Origin: an uncultured Janthinobacterium sp.
GTDB lineage: Bacteria; Vulcanimicrobiota; Vulcanimicrobiia; Vulcanimicrobiales; Vulcanimicrobiaceae
DNA length: 44,643 nucleotides
Assembly (NCBI GenBank): GCA_964658025.1
Contig: CAZZXB010000005.1
Span: 1-44,643, forward strand
Reading direction: 5' to 3'
Shown: positions 18,647-27,027 of the stretch, one piece after another
How the letters are laid out: the number at the start of each line of letters is the position of its first letter
How positions within the stretch are numbered: position 1 is the stretch's first letter
The notes under the pieces: generated by a model
What the model saw: the letters and a program-made list of their open reading frames with translations, nothing else
What the model was told of the DNA's origin: nothing
Database searches by the model: none
Position numbers and translations under genes: made by a program

Positions 18647-19723
18647 CTAACCTCCGCGCGCGACGGACGGCCGCGCGGTCAGGCGCGCGACGGCCTTCGA
18701 GAGCGAGGGACCGACGAAGAGCACGACGACGAAGCGCGCGATCTGCATCGTCATCACGAACGGGACGTCGACCTTGCTGCCGCTCGCGATGATGGCGACG
18801 GTATCGGCGCCACCCGGGCTCGTGGCGAGATACGCCGTGAGCGGATCGATGCCGGCCTTCCAAACGAGTAACGCACCGAACGCACCGCAGACGACGACGA
18901 GCGTGAGGATCGAAGCGACGATCCGCGGCAACGCGCGCGCGGCATACGCGAGGATCGAACGCGTGAAGCGCAGGCCGATCGTCCACGCGACGAACGCGTA
19001 ACTCGCGGCGAGCAGCCACGGCGGGAGGACGATCGTCAGTTCCGCCGTGTCCTGCGCGGCGACGCCGAGCATCATCGGAACGAGTAACGCGCCCGCGGGC
19101 ACGCCGAGACGCCTACCGAGGAACGCGCCGCCGATCGCGACGACGAGCGTGAGCGCGAAGTGCGGTTCGGCGAGGGTCGGAAACCACGCGATCGCGGTGT
19201 CGTTCGAAGCCGCGCCGCGAGCGAAGAGGTGCGCGACGACGCTCGCGATCGCCGCGACGCAGACGACGCGCAGATATTGCATGATGGCGACGAGGCGCAC
19301 GTCGGCGTCGCTCGTCTCCGCCATCAGGACCATGACGGTCGCGGCTCCGGGCGACGAACCCCAGACGGCCGTCGAGCCGGGCAACACGTGCAGGCGTGCC
19401 AGCGCGTATCCGAGCGCCGACGACGCGACGATGACGACGCCGACGCCGAGCGCGAAGAGCGGCCAGCGTTTTCCGATCTCCACGAATATCCCGGGCGTGA
19501 TGCTGCGGGCGATGAGGCATCCGACGACGCCCTGCGCGACGACGAACGGGACGCTCGGAACGCGTACCGGGATCTCCATCGCCGCGATCGCGATCGCGGC
19601 GACCATCGGCCCGAGCAAGAGCGCGGCCGGGAGCCGCATCGCTTCGAGCGCCAGCGTGCACGCGACGGAGAGGCCGAGGAGGAACGCCCACCGTCGGACG
19701 ACGGTGCGGAATCCGGCATACAC
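18647..19723 (-). CDS. AbrB-family (PF05145-type, internally duplicated) integral membrane protein, putative transporter
   Basis: 'MRLPAALLLGPMVAAIAIAA...VPFVVAQGVVGCLIARS' recurs as 'LGVPAGALLVPMMLGVAAQ...LLAASYAFVAWTIGLRF'. The track start (19876) would overlap the divergent prfB start. I place the start at the GTG at 19723, preceded by GGGAGA, so the start is uncertain. Confidence 0.68.
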   Translation of the reverse strand: MYAGFRTVVRRWAFLLGLSVACTLALEAMRLPAALLLGPMVAAIAIAAMEIPVRVPSVPFVVAQGVVGCLIARSITPGIFVEIGKRWPLFALGVGVVIVASSALGYALARLHVLPGSTAVWGSSPGAATVMVLMAETSDADVRLVAIMQYLRVVCVAAIASVVAHLFARGAASNDTAIAWFPTLAEPHFALTLVVAIGGAFLGRRLGVPAGALLVPMMLGVAAQDTAELTIVLPPWLLAASYAFVAWTIGLRFTRSILAYAARALPRIVASILTLVVVCGAFGALLVWKAGIDPLTAYLATSPGGADTVAIIASGSKVDVPFVMTMQIARFVVVLFVGPSLSKAVARLTARPSVARGG

Positions 19724-19817
19724 GTTCTCCCGTATACCGCAATCGCTCCGTCTCCGATGCACGCGGCGTCGCCTCGCGCGGACGGAAACGCGTGGTCGGA
19801 ATCGAAGCAATGCCGAC

Positions 19818-20934
19818 ATGAGCGACTCCCAATTTACCGCAATCGCCCGGCTCGACGAGCGCCTCGTCGTGCTCAAGGAGCGTCTTTGACTACGCGAGCA
19901 AATCGCGTCGCATAGCCGAACTCGACCTGCGCACGCGCGACGAGTCGTTTTGGAACGATGCGGAAGCCGCGCAGCGCACGATGAAGCAACTCGCCGATCT
20001 CCGCGAAGAGGTCGACGAGATGACGGGGGTCGCGCGTCAGCTCGCCGACGCGCGCGAGACGCTCGAGGTCCTCGGTGACGAAGCGGGCGCCGCGGACGAA
20101 GTAGACGGCGACATCGCGGCCGCGACCGAACGCATCGCGGCGCTCGAGATGGCCGCGAATTTCGATCGCGAGTACGACGGTCACGGTGCGATCGTGACGA
20201 TCCACGCGGGCGCGGGCGGCGTCGATGCGGCGGATTGGACGCAGATCCTCGCGCGGATGTACATGCGTTGGGGCGAGCGGCGCGGCTACGAGACGCACAT
20301 CACGGAGGAGTCGGCGGCGGAAGAAGCCGGGCTCAAGTCGATCACGTTCTTCATGCGCGGTCGCAACGCGTACGGCATGCTCGAGAGCGAGCGCGGCGTA
20401 CACCGACTCGTGCGCATCTCGCCGTTCGACCAGCAACACCGTCGGCACACGTCGTTCGCATCGGTCGACATCGTCCCCGAAGTCGCGCACGACGAGAAGA
20501 TCTCGATCGACATCAAACCCGAAGACCTCAAGATCGAGACCTATAAGTCCGGCGGCGCGGGCGGTCAATACGTCAACAAGACCGAGTCCGCGATCCGCAT
20601 CACGCATCTTCCGACGGGGCTCATCGCCGCCTCGCAACAGGAGCGTTCGCAGATCCAGAATCGCGAGACCGCGATGACGATGCTGCGTTCGCAACTCGTC
20701 GCGCGCGAACTCGAGGAACGCGAGGCGAAGCTCGCCGAACTCCGCGGCGAGCGGCGCGCGAACGAATGGGGCTCGCAGATCCGTTCGTACGTGCTCCAAC
20801 CGTACACCCTCGTGAAGGACCATCGGACGAACGTCGAATCCGGCAACGCGCAGGCCGTCCTCGACGGCGATATCGACGGCTTCGTGTGGCCGTATCTGCA
20901 ACAGCGACCGAAGCTCGAAGCGAACGTCTCGTGA
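19818..20934 (+). CDS. prfB: Peptide chain release factor 2, requiring a programmed +1 ribosomal frameshift at 19884-19890
   Basis: Frame 0 runs 19818-19886 ('MSDSQFTAIARLDERLVVLKERL') and ends at an in-frame TGA (19887-19889). The +1 frame from 19888 reads 'DYASKSRRIAELDLRTRDESFWNDAEAAQRTMKQL...' and contains the RF2-specific 'SPF' and the universal 'GGQ' motifs. The joined product is about 371 aa. Confidence 0.93.
19876..19890 (+). promoter_or_regulatory. prfB autoregulatory +1 frameshift cassette: AGGAG-CGT-CTT-TGA-C
   Basis: An internal Shine-Dalgarno-like AGGAG lies 3 nt upstream of the slippery CTT, followed by TGA C. This is the same layout as the E. coli prfB site (AGGGGG-UAU-CUU-UGA-C). 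Confidence 0.9.
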
Positions 20935-21821
20935 GCGCGATCGACGTGATCGTCGTGTGTTGGAACGATCGCGATAAGATCGTCGTCGCGCTCGATTCGG
21001 TCTTCGCGCTCGCCGAGGTCCGCGACGATCCCGGCTTCGCGCGCGTCGTCGTCTCGGACAACGGCTCGGAGGACGGGAGCCGAGAATTCTTACGCGAGCG
21101 CTACGGCGACCGCATCGCGATCGTGGAGAACGGCGCGAATCTCGGGTTCGGCGCGGCGTGCAATCGCGCGTTCGCGGCGACGGATTCGCCGCTCGTGTTC
21201 TTACTCAATCCCGACGCGCTGCTCTACGACGGCGCGCTCGCCGAGATCGTGCGGTTCATGCAGGCGCATCGGCGCTGCGGGATCGCGGGTTCGCGGATCT
21301 ACAATCTCGACGGCACGATCCAAGAATCGTGCGGCGCGTTCGACACGTGGACGGGCGCGTTCTTGCGCTCGAGCGCGTGGGGCGAGTGGCCGATCTTCCG
21401 ACGCTATGCGAACGGCGCGGACCTGCGCGCGTGGGGCCACGCGGACGAACGCCGCGTCGACATCGCGATCGGCGCCGCGCTCTGCATACGTCGCGCGACG
21501 ATCGACGACATCGGAGCGTTCGACGAGCGTTTCTTCCTCTATCACGAGGAGGTCGATTTCGCGAAGCGCGCCGCCGCGGCCGGATGGGAGACGTGGTACG
21601 TCCCGGCGAGCCGCGCGATGCACGAGGGGATGGGAAGCGCGCGCGGACGGTACGACGTCGAACGCCGCAAGCAAAAATCGCGTCGCGCGTATTGGCTGAA
21701 GCATCACGGCGGGCTCTGGTACGCCGCGCTCGTCGCCGCGCTCCTCGGACGGTACGCGCTCTATCTCGGTGTCGCGAGCGCCGCGATCTTCGGCACGCGC
21801 CGGGCGCTACGCGGCCGGTGA
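20931..21821 (+). CDS. Glycosyltransferase family 2
   Basis: 'IDVIVVCWNDRDKIVVALDSV', 'VVVSDNGSEDGS', 'NLGFGAACNRA', 'LNPDALL' and 'EEVDFAKRA'. The GTG start at 20931 overlaps the prfB stop (GTGA). The track ORF from 20766 is an overlap artefact. Confidence 0.85.
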   Translation: MSAIDVIVVCWNDRDKIVVALDSVFALAEVRDDPGFARVVVSDNGSEDGSREFLRERYGDRIAIVENGANLGFGAACNRAFAATDSPLVFLLNPDALLYDGALAEIVRFMQAHRRCGIAGSRIYNLDGTIQESCGAFDTWTGAFLRSSAWGEWPIFRRYANGADLRAWGHADERRVDIAIGAALCIRRATIDDIGAFDERFFLYHEEVDFAKRAAAAGWETWYVPASRAMHEGMGSARGRYDVERRKQKSRRAYWLKHHGGLWYAALVAALLGRYALYLGVASAAIFGTRRALRGR

Positions 21822-22168
21822 CGATCGTACCGGAGGCGGTGGTGACGTTCTCGCGACTCGACGGATTCTCGATCGTGTCGTCGCTCGGCGCCGTGCGCGG
21901 CGAGGCGATCGCCCCGCGTAATTTTTTGCGCTCGACGTTTCGCTCGATCGGCGCCCTCGTCGGATTGACGGCGCTCGAGATCGCGAGCGATGCCGAACGG
22001 GCGCGCCGCGAATCGCTCGCGGCGATGGTCCGTCAGGCGCAGACGCTCGGCGCGAACGCCGTCGTGTCGCTCCGCTTCGAGGCGCGCGAACTCGGCGACG
22101 GGTCGACGCGCGTGCTCGCGGCGGGCGAGGCGGTGCTTCTCGATCCCGCGCCCGGACGCGCGCCGTGA
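21818..22168 (+). CDS. YbjQ/UPF0145 (DUF74) family protein
   Basis: 'FSIVSSLGAVRGEAIAPRNFLRS...ERARRESLAAMVRQAQTLGANAVVSLRFE' matches the YbjQ family. GTG at 21818 overlaps the GT2 stop. The alternative starts GTG 21839 and 21842 follow a GGAGG at 21832-21836 and may be the real start. Confidence 0.78.
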   Translation: MTIVPEAVVTFSRLDGFSIVSSLGAVRGEAIAPRNFLRSTFRSIGALVGLTALEIASDAERARRESLAAMVRQAQTLGANAVVSLRFEARELGDGSTRVLAAGEAVLLDPAPGRAP

Positions 22169-22833
22169 GCGTCTCCGAGCGTGCCGACCGCGAACAGCGG
22201 CTCGCCAACGCGAGCGCCGTCGTCGATCGTTGCCGGAAGTGCGCGATCGGGTCCACGCGGCGCAACGCCGTGTACGGCGAGGGCGATCCGTGCGCCGACC
22301 TTCTCGTGATCGGCGAGGGCCCGGGCGAAACCGAGGACGAGCTCGGGCGTCCGTTCGTTGGCCGTGCCGGCGCGCTACTCGACAAGATGTTGCTCGCGAT
22401 CGCGCTCCCGCGCGAGGACGTCTACATCTGCAACACGGTGAAGTGCCGACCGACGTTCGACGACGGCGTGCGCTTGAAGAACCGCGCGCCGACGCCGGAA
22501 GAGATGGATCACTGCCGTGCGTATCTCGACGAACAGATCGCGGTCGTGCGTCCGAGAGCGATCCTCTGCCTCGGGGCGCCGGCGGCGAAAACGTTCCTCG
22601 GACCGAAATTTTCGATCTCGCGCCAGCGCGGGCAATGGTTCGCGGGCCCGGGCGATCTCCCGCTGATCGCGACCTTCCATCCCGCGTATCTCTTGCGAAT
22701 GACGGGCGGCGAACTCGAAGCGACGAAGCGGCTCGTCTGGAACGATCTCAAAGCGATCCGCGCGAAGCTCGACGAACCGCCCGCGCCGCCGCCGGAGCCC
22801 GAAATCGCGCAAGGCTCGCTCTTCGATCCGTGA
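22165..22833 (+). CDS. udg: Uracil-DNA glycosylase, family 4
   Basis: 'CRKCAIGSTRRNAVYGEGDPCADLLVIGEGPGETEDELGRPFVGRAGALLDKML', 'YICNTVKCRP' and 'ATFHPAYLLR' are family-4 UDG signatures. The GTG start overlaps the upstream stop (GTGA). Confidence 0.9.
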   Translation: MSVSERADREQRLANASAVVDRCRKCAIGSTRRNAVYGEGDPCADLLVIGEGPGETEDELGRPFVGRAGALLDKMLLAIALPREDVYICNTVKCRPTFDDGVRLKNRAPTPEEMDHCRAYLDEQIAVVRPRAILCLGAPAAKTFLGPKFSISRQRGQWFAGPGDLPLIATFHPAYLLRMTGGELEATKRLVWNDLKAIRAKLDEPPAPPPEPEIAQGSLFDP

Positions 22834-22848
22834 TATACTTCGGAAACG

Positions 22849-23955
22849 GTGAATTTGCGGGCACGAGACGTTTGGTTCGACGACAAGGCACGACGCGCGG
22901 GCTGTGACGACGGGGTCGCTTTCGCAACCCGGCACGCGCTCAAACCCTATCGGCTCGACCAACTCTACCACGCGGCGACGAAGGAACTCGCGCCCGATCT
23001 CGATGCGGTGACGGTGCTCCCGCGCGACCTGCGCGCGACGCTTGCGGCCGAGGGCTTCGCGCTCGAATCGGTCGAGCCGGTCCTCCTGCAACGCTCGAGC
23101 GACGGGCAGACGACGAAGGGCCTCTTCCGCCTCCACGACGGGAGCGAAGTCGAAGCCGTGCTCATGGAGCATTGGGGCGGTCGGACGACCGTCTGCATCT
23201 CGAGCCAAGCCGGGTGCGCCTACGCGTGCACGTTCTGCTCGACGGGGCAGGCCGGGTTCACGCGCAATCTCACGTCGGTCGAGATCTTCGATCAGGCGCG
23301 CTTCTTCGAACGCGAACTGCGCACGCGCAATAAGAAGATCACGAACGTCGTGTTCATGGGTCAGGGCGAACCGTTCGCCACGTGGGATTCGGTCATGGGA
23401 GCGGTGCGGCTCTTCAACGATCCGACGGGCTTCGGTCTCGGCCACCGCCACATCACGATCTCGACCGTCGGACTCGTCCCGCAGATACGACGCTTCGCCG
23501 ACGAAGGTTCGCAGGTGAATCTCGCGATCTCGCTCCACGCGCCGACGGACGAACAGCGCGGCAAGATCATGCCCGTCAATCGCAAGCACCGCATCGCCGA
23601 ATTGATGGATGCCTGCGCGTATTACGTCGACAAGACGAACCGCAAGGTCTTCTTCGAATACGTCATGCTCGACGGCGTGAACGACGACGACGACTCCGCC
23701 CGCGCGCTCGGTGCGTTACTGCGCCCGCGGGCCCGGCTCTATCACGTCAACCTGATCCCGTACAACGTCACGCCCGACGCGCCGTTACAGGGGACGCCGG
23801 ACGCACGCATTCGCGCGTTCCAGAAGATCCTCGACGCCGCGGGGATTCCGACGACGGTCCGAACGCCGATGGGCCGCGACATCGCGGCCGCCTGCGGCCA
23901 GCTCCGCGCGCAGACGCAACCGAAGGCGAAGAACGCGGCGGCACTGTCCGTTTAG
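22849..23955 (+). CDS. rlmN: 23S rRNA/tRNA adenine-C2 methyltransferase RlmN (radical SAM)
   Basis: 'CISSQAGCAYACTFCSTGQAGFTRNL', 'NVVFMGQGEPF', 'ITISTVGLVP', 'LAISLHAP' and 'AACGQL' near the C-terminus. 368 aa. Confidence 0.93.
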   Translation: MNLRARDVWFDDKARRAGCDDGVAFATRHALKPYRLDQLYHAATKELAPDLDAVTVLPRDLRATLAAEGFALESVEPVLLQRSSDGQTTKGLFRLHDGSEVEAVLMEHWGGRTTVCISSQAGCAYACTFCSTGQAGFTRNLTSVEIFDQARFFERELRTRNKKITNVVFMGQGEPFATWDSVMGAVRLFNDPTGFGLGHRHITISTVGLVPQIRRFADEGSQVNLAISLHAPTDEQRGKIMPVNRKHRIAELMDACAYYVDKTNRKVFFEYVMLDGVNDDDDSARALGALLRPRARLYHVNLIPYNVTPDAPLQGTPDARIRAFQKILDAAGIPTTVRTPMGRDIAAACGQLRAQTQPKAKNAAALSV

Positions 23956-23974
23956 TCTGTTTTGGTAGATCGCG

Positions 23975-24460
23975 ATGACTCAAGAACTCAGCTCGAAAAT
24001 GACCTATGTTGTCGCACAACTATTTTTTACGGAGACGTGTGCGCGGACGAAATCAGAAGATCTGCTGACGCTCGCGTCGGGGATGTTATTGAGTCTCGAC
24101 GGAGAGCGAAGCGGAGATCCCGCGATGATCTACGATTGGGCGGGCGTCGTCGGAAGCCGAACCTACTTTACCAGGCTCACGGGGTTTATCGTGACGAGAG
24201 AATATCTCGAAAACTGGTATGCGATCGGTCCGCAACCTGAAATCAGAGCGGTTATTGATTCCATGTCGGTCGACGCCGATGGCGAACCGCTCGATGCAAC
24301 CGTACGGGCCGAATGGAATTCGAGCTGGGAACGAGTCTTAGATAACCTTCACGCACGCACGCCGTTTATTTCGGCACATTGGCCGGGGACGGGTCCTCAA
24401 GGCAGATCGGGAAGTGCTGAATGGACGCCCGCTAATAGTTATGAATTCATCGAGGATTGA
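23975..24460 (+). CDS. Hypothetical acidic protein (161 aa), an orphan in a low-GC islet
   Basis: It is the only long ORF with plausible composition in 23956-24511. Codon usage is visibly A/T3-richer than the neighbours. I recognise no family or motif. An alternative start is the ATG at 23999. Confidence 0.5.
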   Translation: MTQELSSKMTYVVAQLFFTETCARTKSEDLLTLASGMLLSLDGERSGDPAMIYDWAGVVGSRTYFTRLTGFIVTREYLENWYAIGPQPEIRAVIDSMSVDADGEPLDATVRAEWNSSWERVLDNLHARTPFISAHWPGTGPQGRSGSAEWTPANSYEFIED

Positions 24461-24511
24461 CGCGATCGCGAGCGTCGATGCCGCAAGCGCCGTTGCCGTG
24501 CTGACTCTGCT

Positions 24512-25681
24512 ATGTGGATGACGCGCGCATCTTCGCTCGTCGCGCTCGCGTTTGCGGCGCGGGGGGCGAAATTTCCGGCGAGTTGGTTCGATATTCCGCT
24601 CGTGCGCGAGGCTCCGGCGGAGGCGCTGCCCAGCGTTTCGATCGTGGTGCCGGCGCGGGATGAGGAGCGGTCGATCGAACGGTGCGTGCGGTCGCTCTGC
24701 ACGCAGCGGTTCGTCGATGCGGAGGTGATCGTCGTCGACGACCGGTCGACGGATCGAACGTCCGAGATTCTCGCGCGACTCGCGGATGAGTATTCGAACC
24801 TTCGGATCGTGACGGGCGAGCCGCTACCCGACGGTTGGGTCGGAAAGCCGTGGGCGCTCGTGCAGGGCGAACGGATCGCGCGCGGTGCGTGGCTGCTCTT
24901 CACCGATGCGGATTCGGTCCACGCGCCGGAGGGCACGGCGTCGGCGCTCGCGTTCGCGCGGCTGATCGACGTCGATGCGGTCACGATCGTCACGCATCAG
25001 GAACTCGGCACGCTCGCGGAGCGCGCGACGTTGCCGTTCATCCTCGGGATGATCTTCTACGCCTCGGGGACGCTCGAACAACTCAACGATCCGATGCAGC
25101 CCGAGCGCGCGCTCGCGAACGGCCAGTACATCCTCGTCCGGCGCGACGCGTACGACGCGCTCGGCGGCCATACCGCGCTGCGCGCGGAGCTCGTGGAAGA
25201 CGTGGCGTTCGCGCGACGGATCAAGGCGGACGGCCGATTCCGGCTCGCGATCGGCGGCGGCTCGGAGCTCGCGAGCGTGCGGATGTATCAGTCGCTCCCC
25301 GAGATCTGGAACGGCTTCACGAAAAATCTCTTCATCGGGGCCGACGGCAACGTGGGCGTCTTGTTCTTGGGTGTCGCGTTCACGGCGGCGCTCGCCGCAC
25401 CGCCGCTCCTCGCGGCACGCGCGATCGCCCGTAAACGCTGGCTCGAAGCGCTCGAGGCGACGGCCGCAACGGCCCTGCTCGTCATCGCGTCGCGCCGCGG
25501 CATCGCGATGGTCGGACTTCCCCCGTCGACGGCGCCGCTCGCCTTTTTCGGAAGCGCGTTCTTCGGCGCGGTGGCGCTCAACTCGGCGCTCTGCGTCGCG
25601 AGCGGACGCGGCGTGAGCTGGCGCGGACGTCGCTATTCGGGGAGGCCGCAGCGGCAGGCGGACCTAAACGCACCGCAATGA
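24512..25681 (+). CDS. Glycosyltransferase family 2 with a C-terminal membrane domain (resembles the HpnB / carotenoid-glycosyltransferase class)
   Basis: 'VSIVVPARDEERSI', 'VIVVDDRSTDRT', 'PLPDGWVGKPWALVQG' and 'LLFTDADSVHAP', plus hydrophobic C-terminal helices. There are no hpn or crt neighbours, so the substrate is unassigned. Confidence 0.8.
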   Translation: MWMTRASSLVALAFAARGAKFPASWFDIPLVREAPAEALPSVSIVVPARDEERSIERCVRSLCTQRFVDAEVIVVDDRSTDRTSEILARLADEYSNLRIVTGEPLPDGWVGKPWALVQGERIARGAWLLFTDADSVHAPEGTASALAFARLIDVDAVTIVTHQELGTLAERATLPFILGMIFYASGTLEQLNDPMQPERALANGQYILVRRDAYDALGGHTALRAELVEDVAFARRIKADGRFRLAIGGGSELASVRMYQSLPEIWNGFTKNLFIGADGNVGVLFLGVAFTAALAAPPLLAARAIARKRWLEALEATAATALLVIASRRGIAMVGLPPSTAPLAFFGSAFFGAVALNSALCVASGRGVSWRGRRYSGRPQRQADLNAPQ

Positions 25682-27015
25682 TGACGGAGAAAACCGGCGT
25701 TACGATGGAAGAGATCACCGCGCTCGCGAAGCGGCGCGGTTTCATCTTCGGATCGAGCGAGATCTACGGCGGCATCAACGGATTCTTCGATTACGGCCCG
25801 CTCGGCGCGATCCTCAAGCGCAACGTGAAGGACGCGTGGTGGCGCGACATGGTCGAGATGCGCGACGACGTCGTGGCGTTCGATTCCTCGATCATCATGC
25901 ATCCGAACACCTGGGTCGCTTCGGGCCACGTCGCGGTCTTCCACGACAAGCTCGTCGACTGCACGAACTGCAAGCATCGTTTCCGCGCGGATCATCTCGC
26001 GTCGCTCGAACAATGCCCCGACTGCGGAATGCGGAACACGCTCACCGAGCCGCGGAACTTCAACCTCATGATGTCGACGGCGGTCGGGCCGATGGAGGAT
26101 TCCGCGTCGCGCGCGTACCTGCGGCCGGAGACGGCTCAGGGCATGTTCGTCAACTTCAAGAACGTCTACCAGACGGCGCGCGTGAAGCCGCCGTTCGGCA
26201 TCGCGCAGATCGGGAAATCGTTCCGGAACGAGATCACGCCCGGCAACTTCACGTTCCGCGTGCGCGAGTTCGAACAGGCCGAGCTCGAGTTCTTCGTCCC
26301 CGACGACGGCAACGATCTCAAGTGGTACGACGAGTGGGTCGTCGCGCGCAAAAAATGGTACAGCGATTACGGAATTCGCGAGGAGCGGCTCCGCTTCTAC
26401 GAACTCAAAGATAACGAACGGCCGCACTACGCGAAGGCGGGCACGGACGTCGAGTATCTCTTCCCGTGGGGTTGGGGCGAACTCGAATCGATCGCGCATC
26501 GCGGCACCTACGACCTCGACGCGCACATGAAGCTCTCGGGCAAGGATCTCTCGTTCTTCGACGAGGCGTCGAAGTCGCGGTACACGCCGATCCTCATCGA
26601 GAGTTCGGCCGGGATGGATCGGACGACGCTCACGATGCTCGTCGATGCGTACGAGAACGAGACGACGGTCGATCCGGAATCGGGGAAAGAGACGAAGCGC
26701 GTCGTGCTCCACTTCCATCCCAAGATCGCGCCCGTGCAGGTCGGCATCTTCCCGCTCGCGCGCAACAAATCCGAACTCGTCGACCGCGCTCGTAACATCG
26801 AACGCGGCTTACGGCCGCATTTCCGCACGACGTACGACGAAGGCAACGTCGGACAGCTCTACCGGCGTCAGGACGAGATCGGTACGCCGTACTGCATCAT
26901 GGTCGATTACGAGTCGCTCGACGACGCGTCCGTCACGGTGCGCGAGCGCGATTCGATGCGTCAGGAACGCGTCTCCGTCGAGGCCCTCCGGACGTACCTC
27001 ACCGAACGCCTGTAA
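25678..27015 (+). CDS. glyQS: Glycine--tRNA ligase (homodimeric GlyQS type, class II)
   Basis: 'ITALAKRRGFIFGSSEIYGGINGFFDYGPLG', 'LRPETAQGMFVNF', 'GKSFRNEITPGNFTFRVREFEQAELEFF' and a C-terminal anticodon-binding domain. The ATG overlaps the upstream stop (ATGA). The alternative start is the ATG at 25705. Confidence 0.95.
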   Translation: MMTEKTGVTMEEITALAKRRGFIFGSSEIYGGINGFFDYGPLGAILKRNVKDAWWRDMVEMRDDVVAFDSSIIMHPNTWVASGHVAVFHDKLVDCTNCKHRFRADHLASLEQCPDCGMRNTLTEPRNFNLMMSTAVGPMEDSASRAYLRPETAQGMFVNFKNVYQTARVKPPFGIAQIGKSFRNEITPGNFTFRVREFEQAELEFFVPDDGNDLKWYDEWVVARKKWYSDYGIREERLRFYELKDNERPHYAKAGTDVEYLFPWGWGELESIAHRGTYDLDAHMKLSGKDLSFFDEASKSRYTPILIESSAGMDRTTLTMLVDAYENETTVDPESGKETKRVVLHFHPKIAPVQVGIFPLARNKSELVDRARNIERGLRPHFRTTYDEGNVGQLYRRQDEIGTPYCIMVDYESLDDASVTVRERDSMRQERVSVEALRTYLTERL

Positions 27016-27027
27016 GCGGGCGCGCGC

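Noticed and set aside
18647-19876. The full-length 409-aa version of the AbrB-family ORF.
   Set aside because: Its first about 50 residues are Arg/Ser-rich, and the start would overlap the divergent prfB start at 19818. An internal GTG (19723) gives the family-typical length of about 358 aa.
23965-24480. GATCGCGA-type short direct repeats flanking the low-GC islet, considered as possible att or target-site duplications.
   Set aside because: The 8-mer GATCGCGA and its variants occur very frequently throughout this window, both inside genes and between them. Their presence at both edges is therefore not significant.
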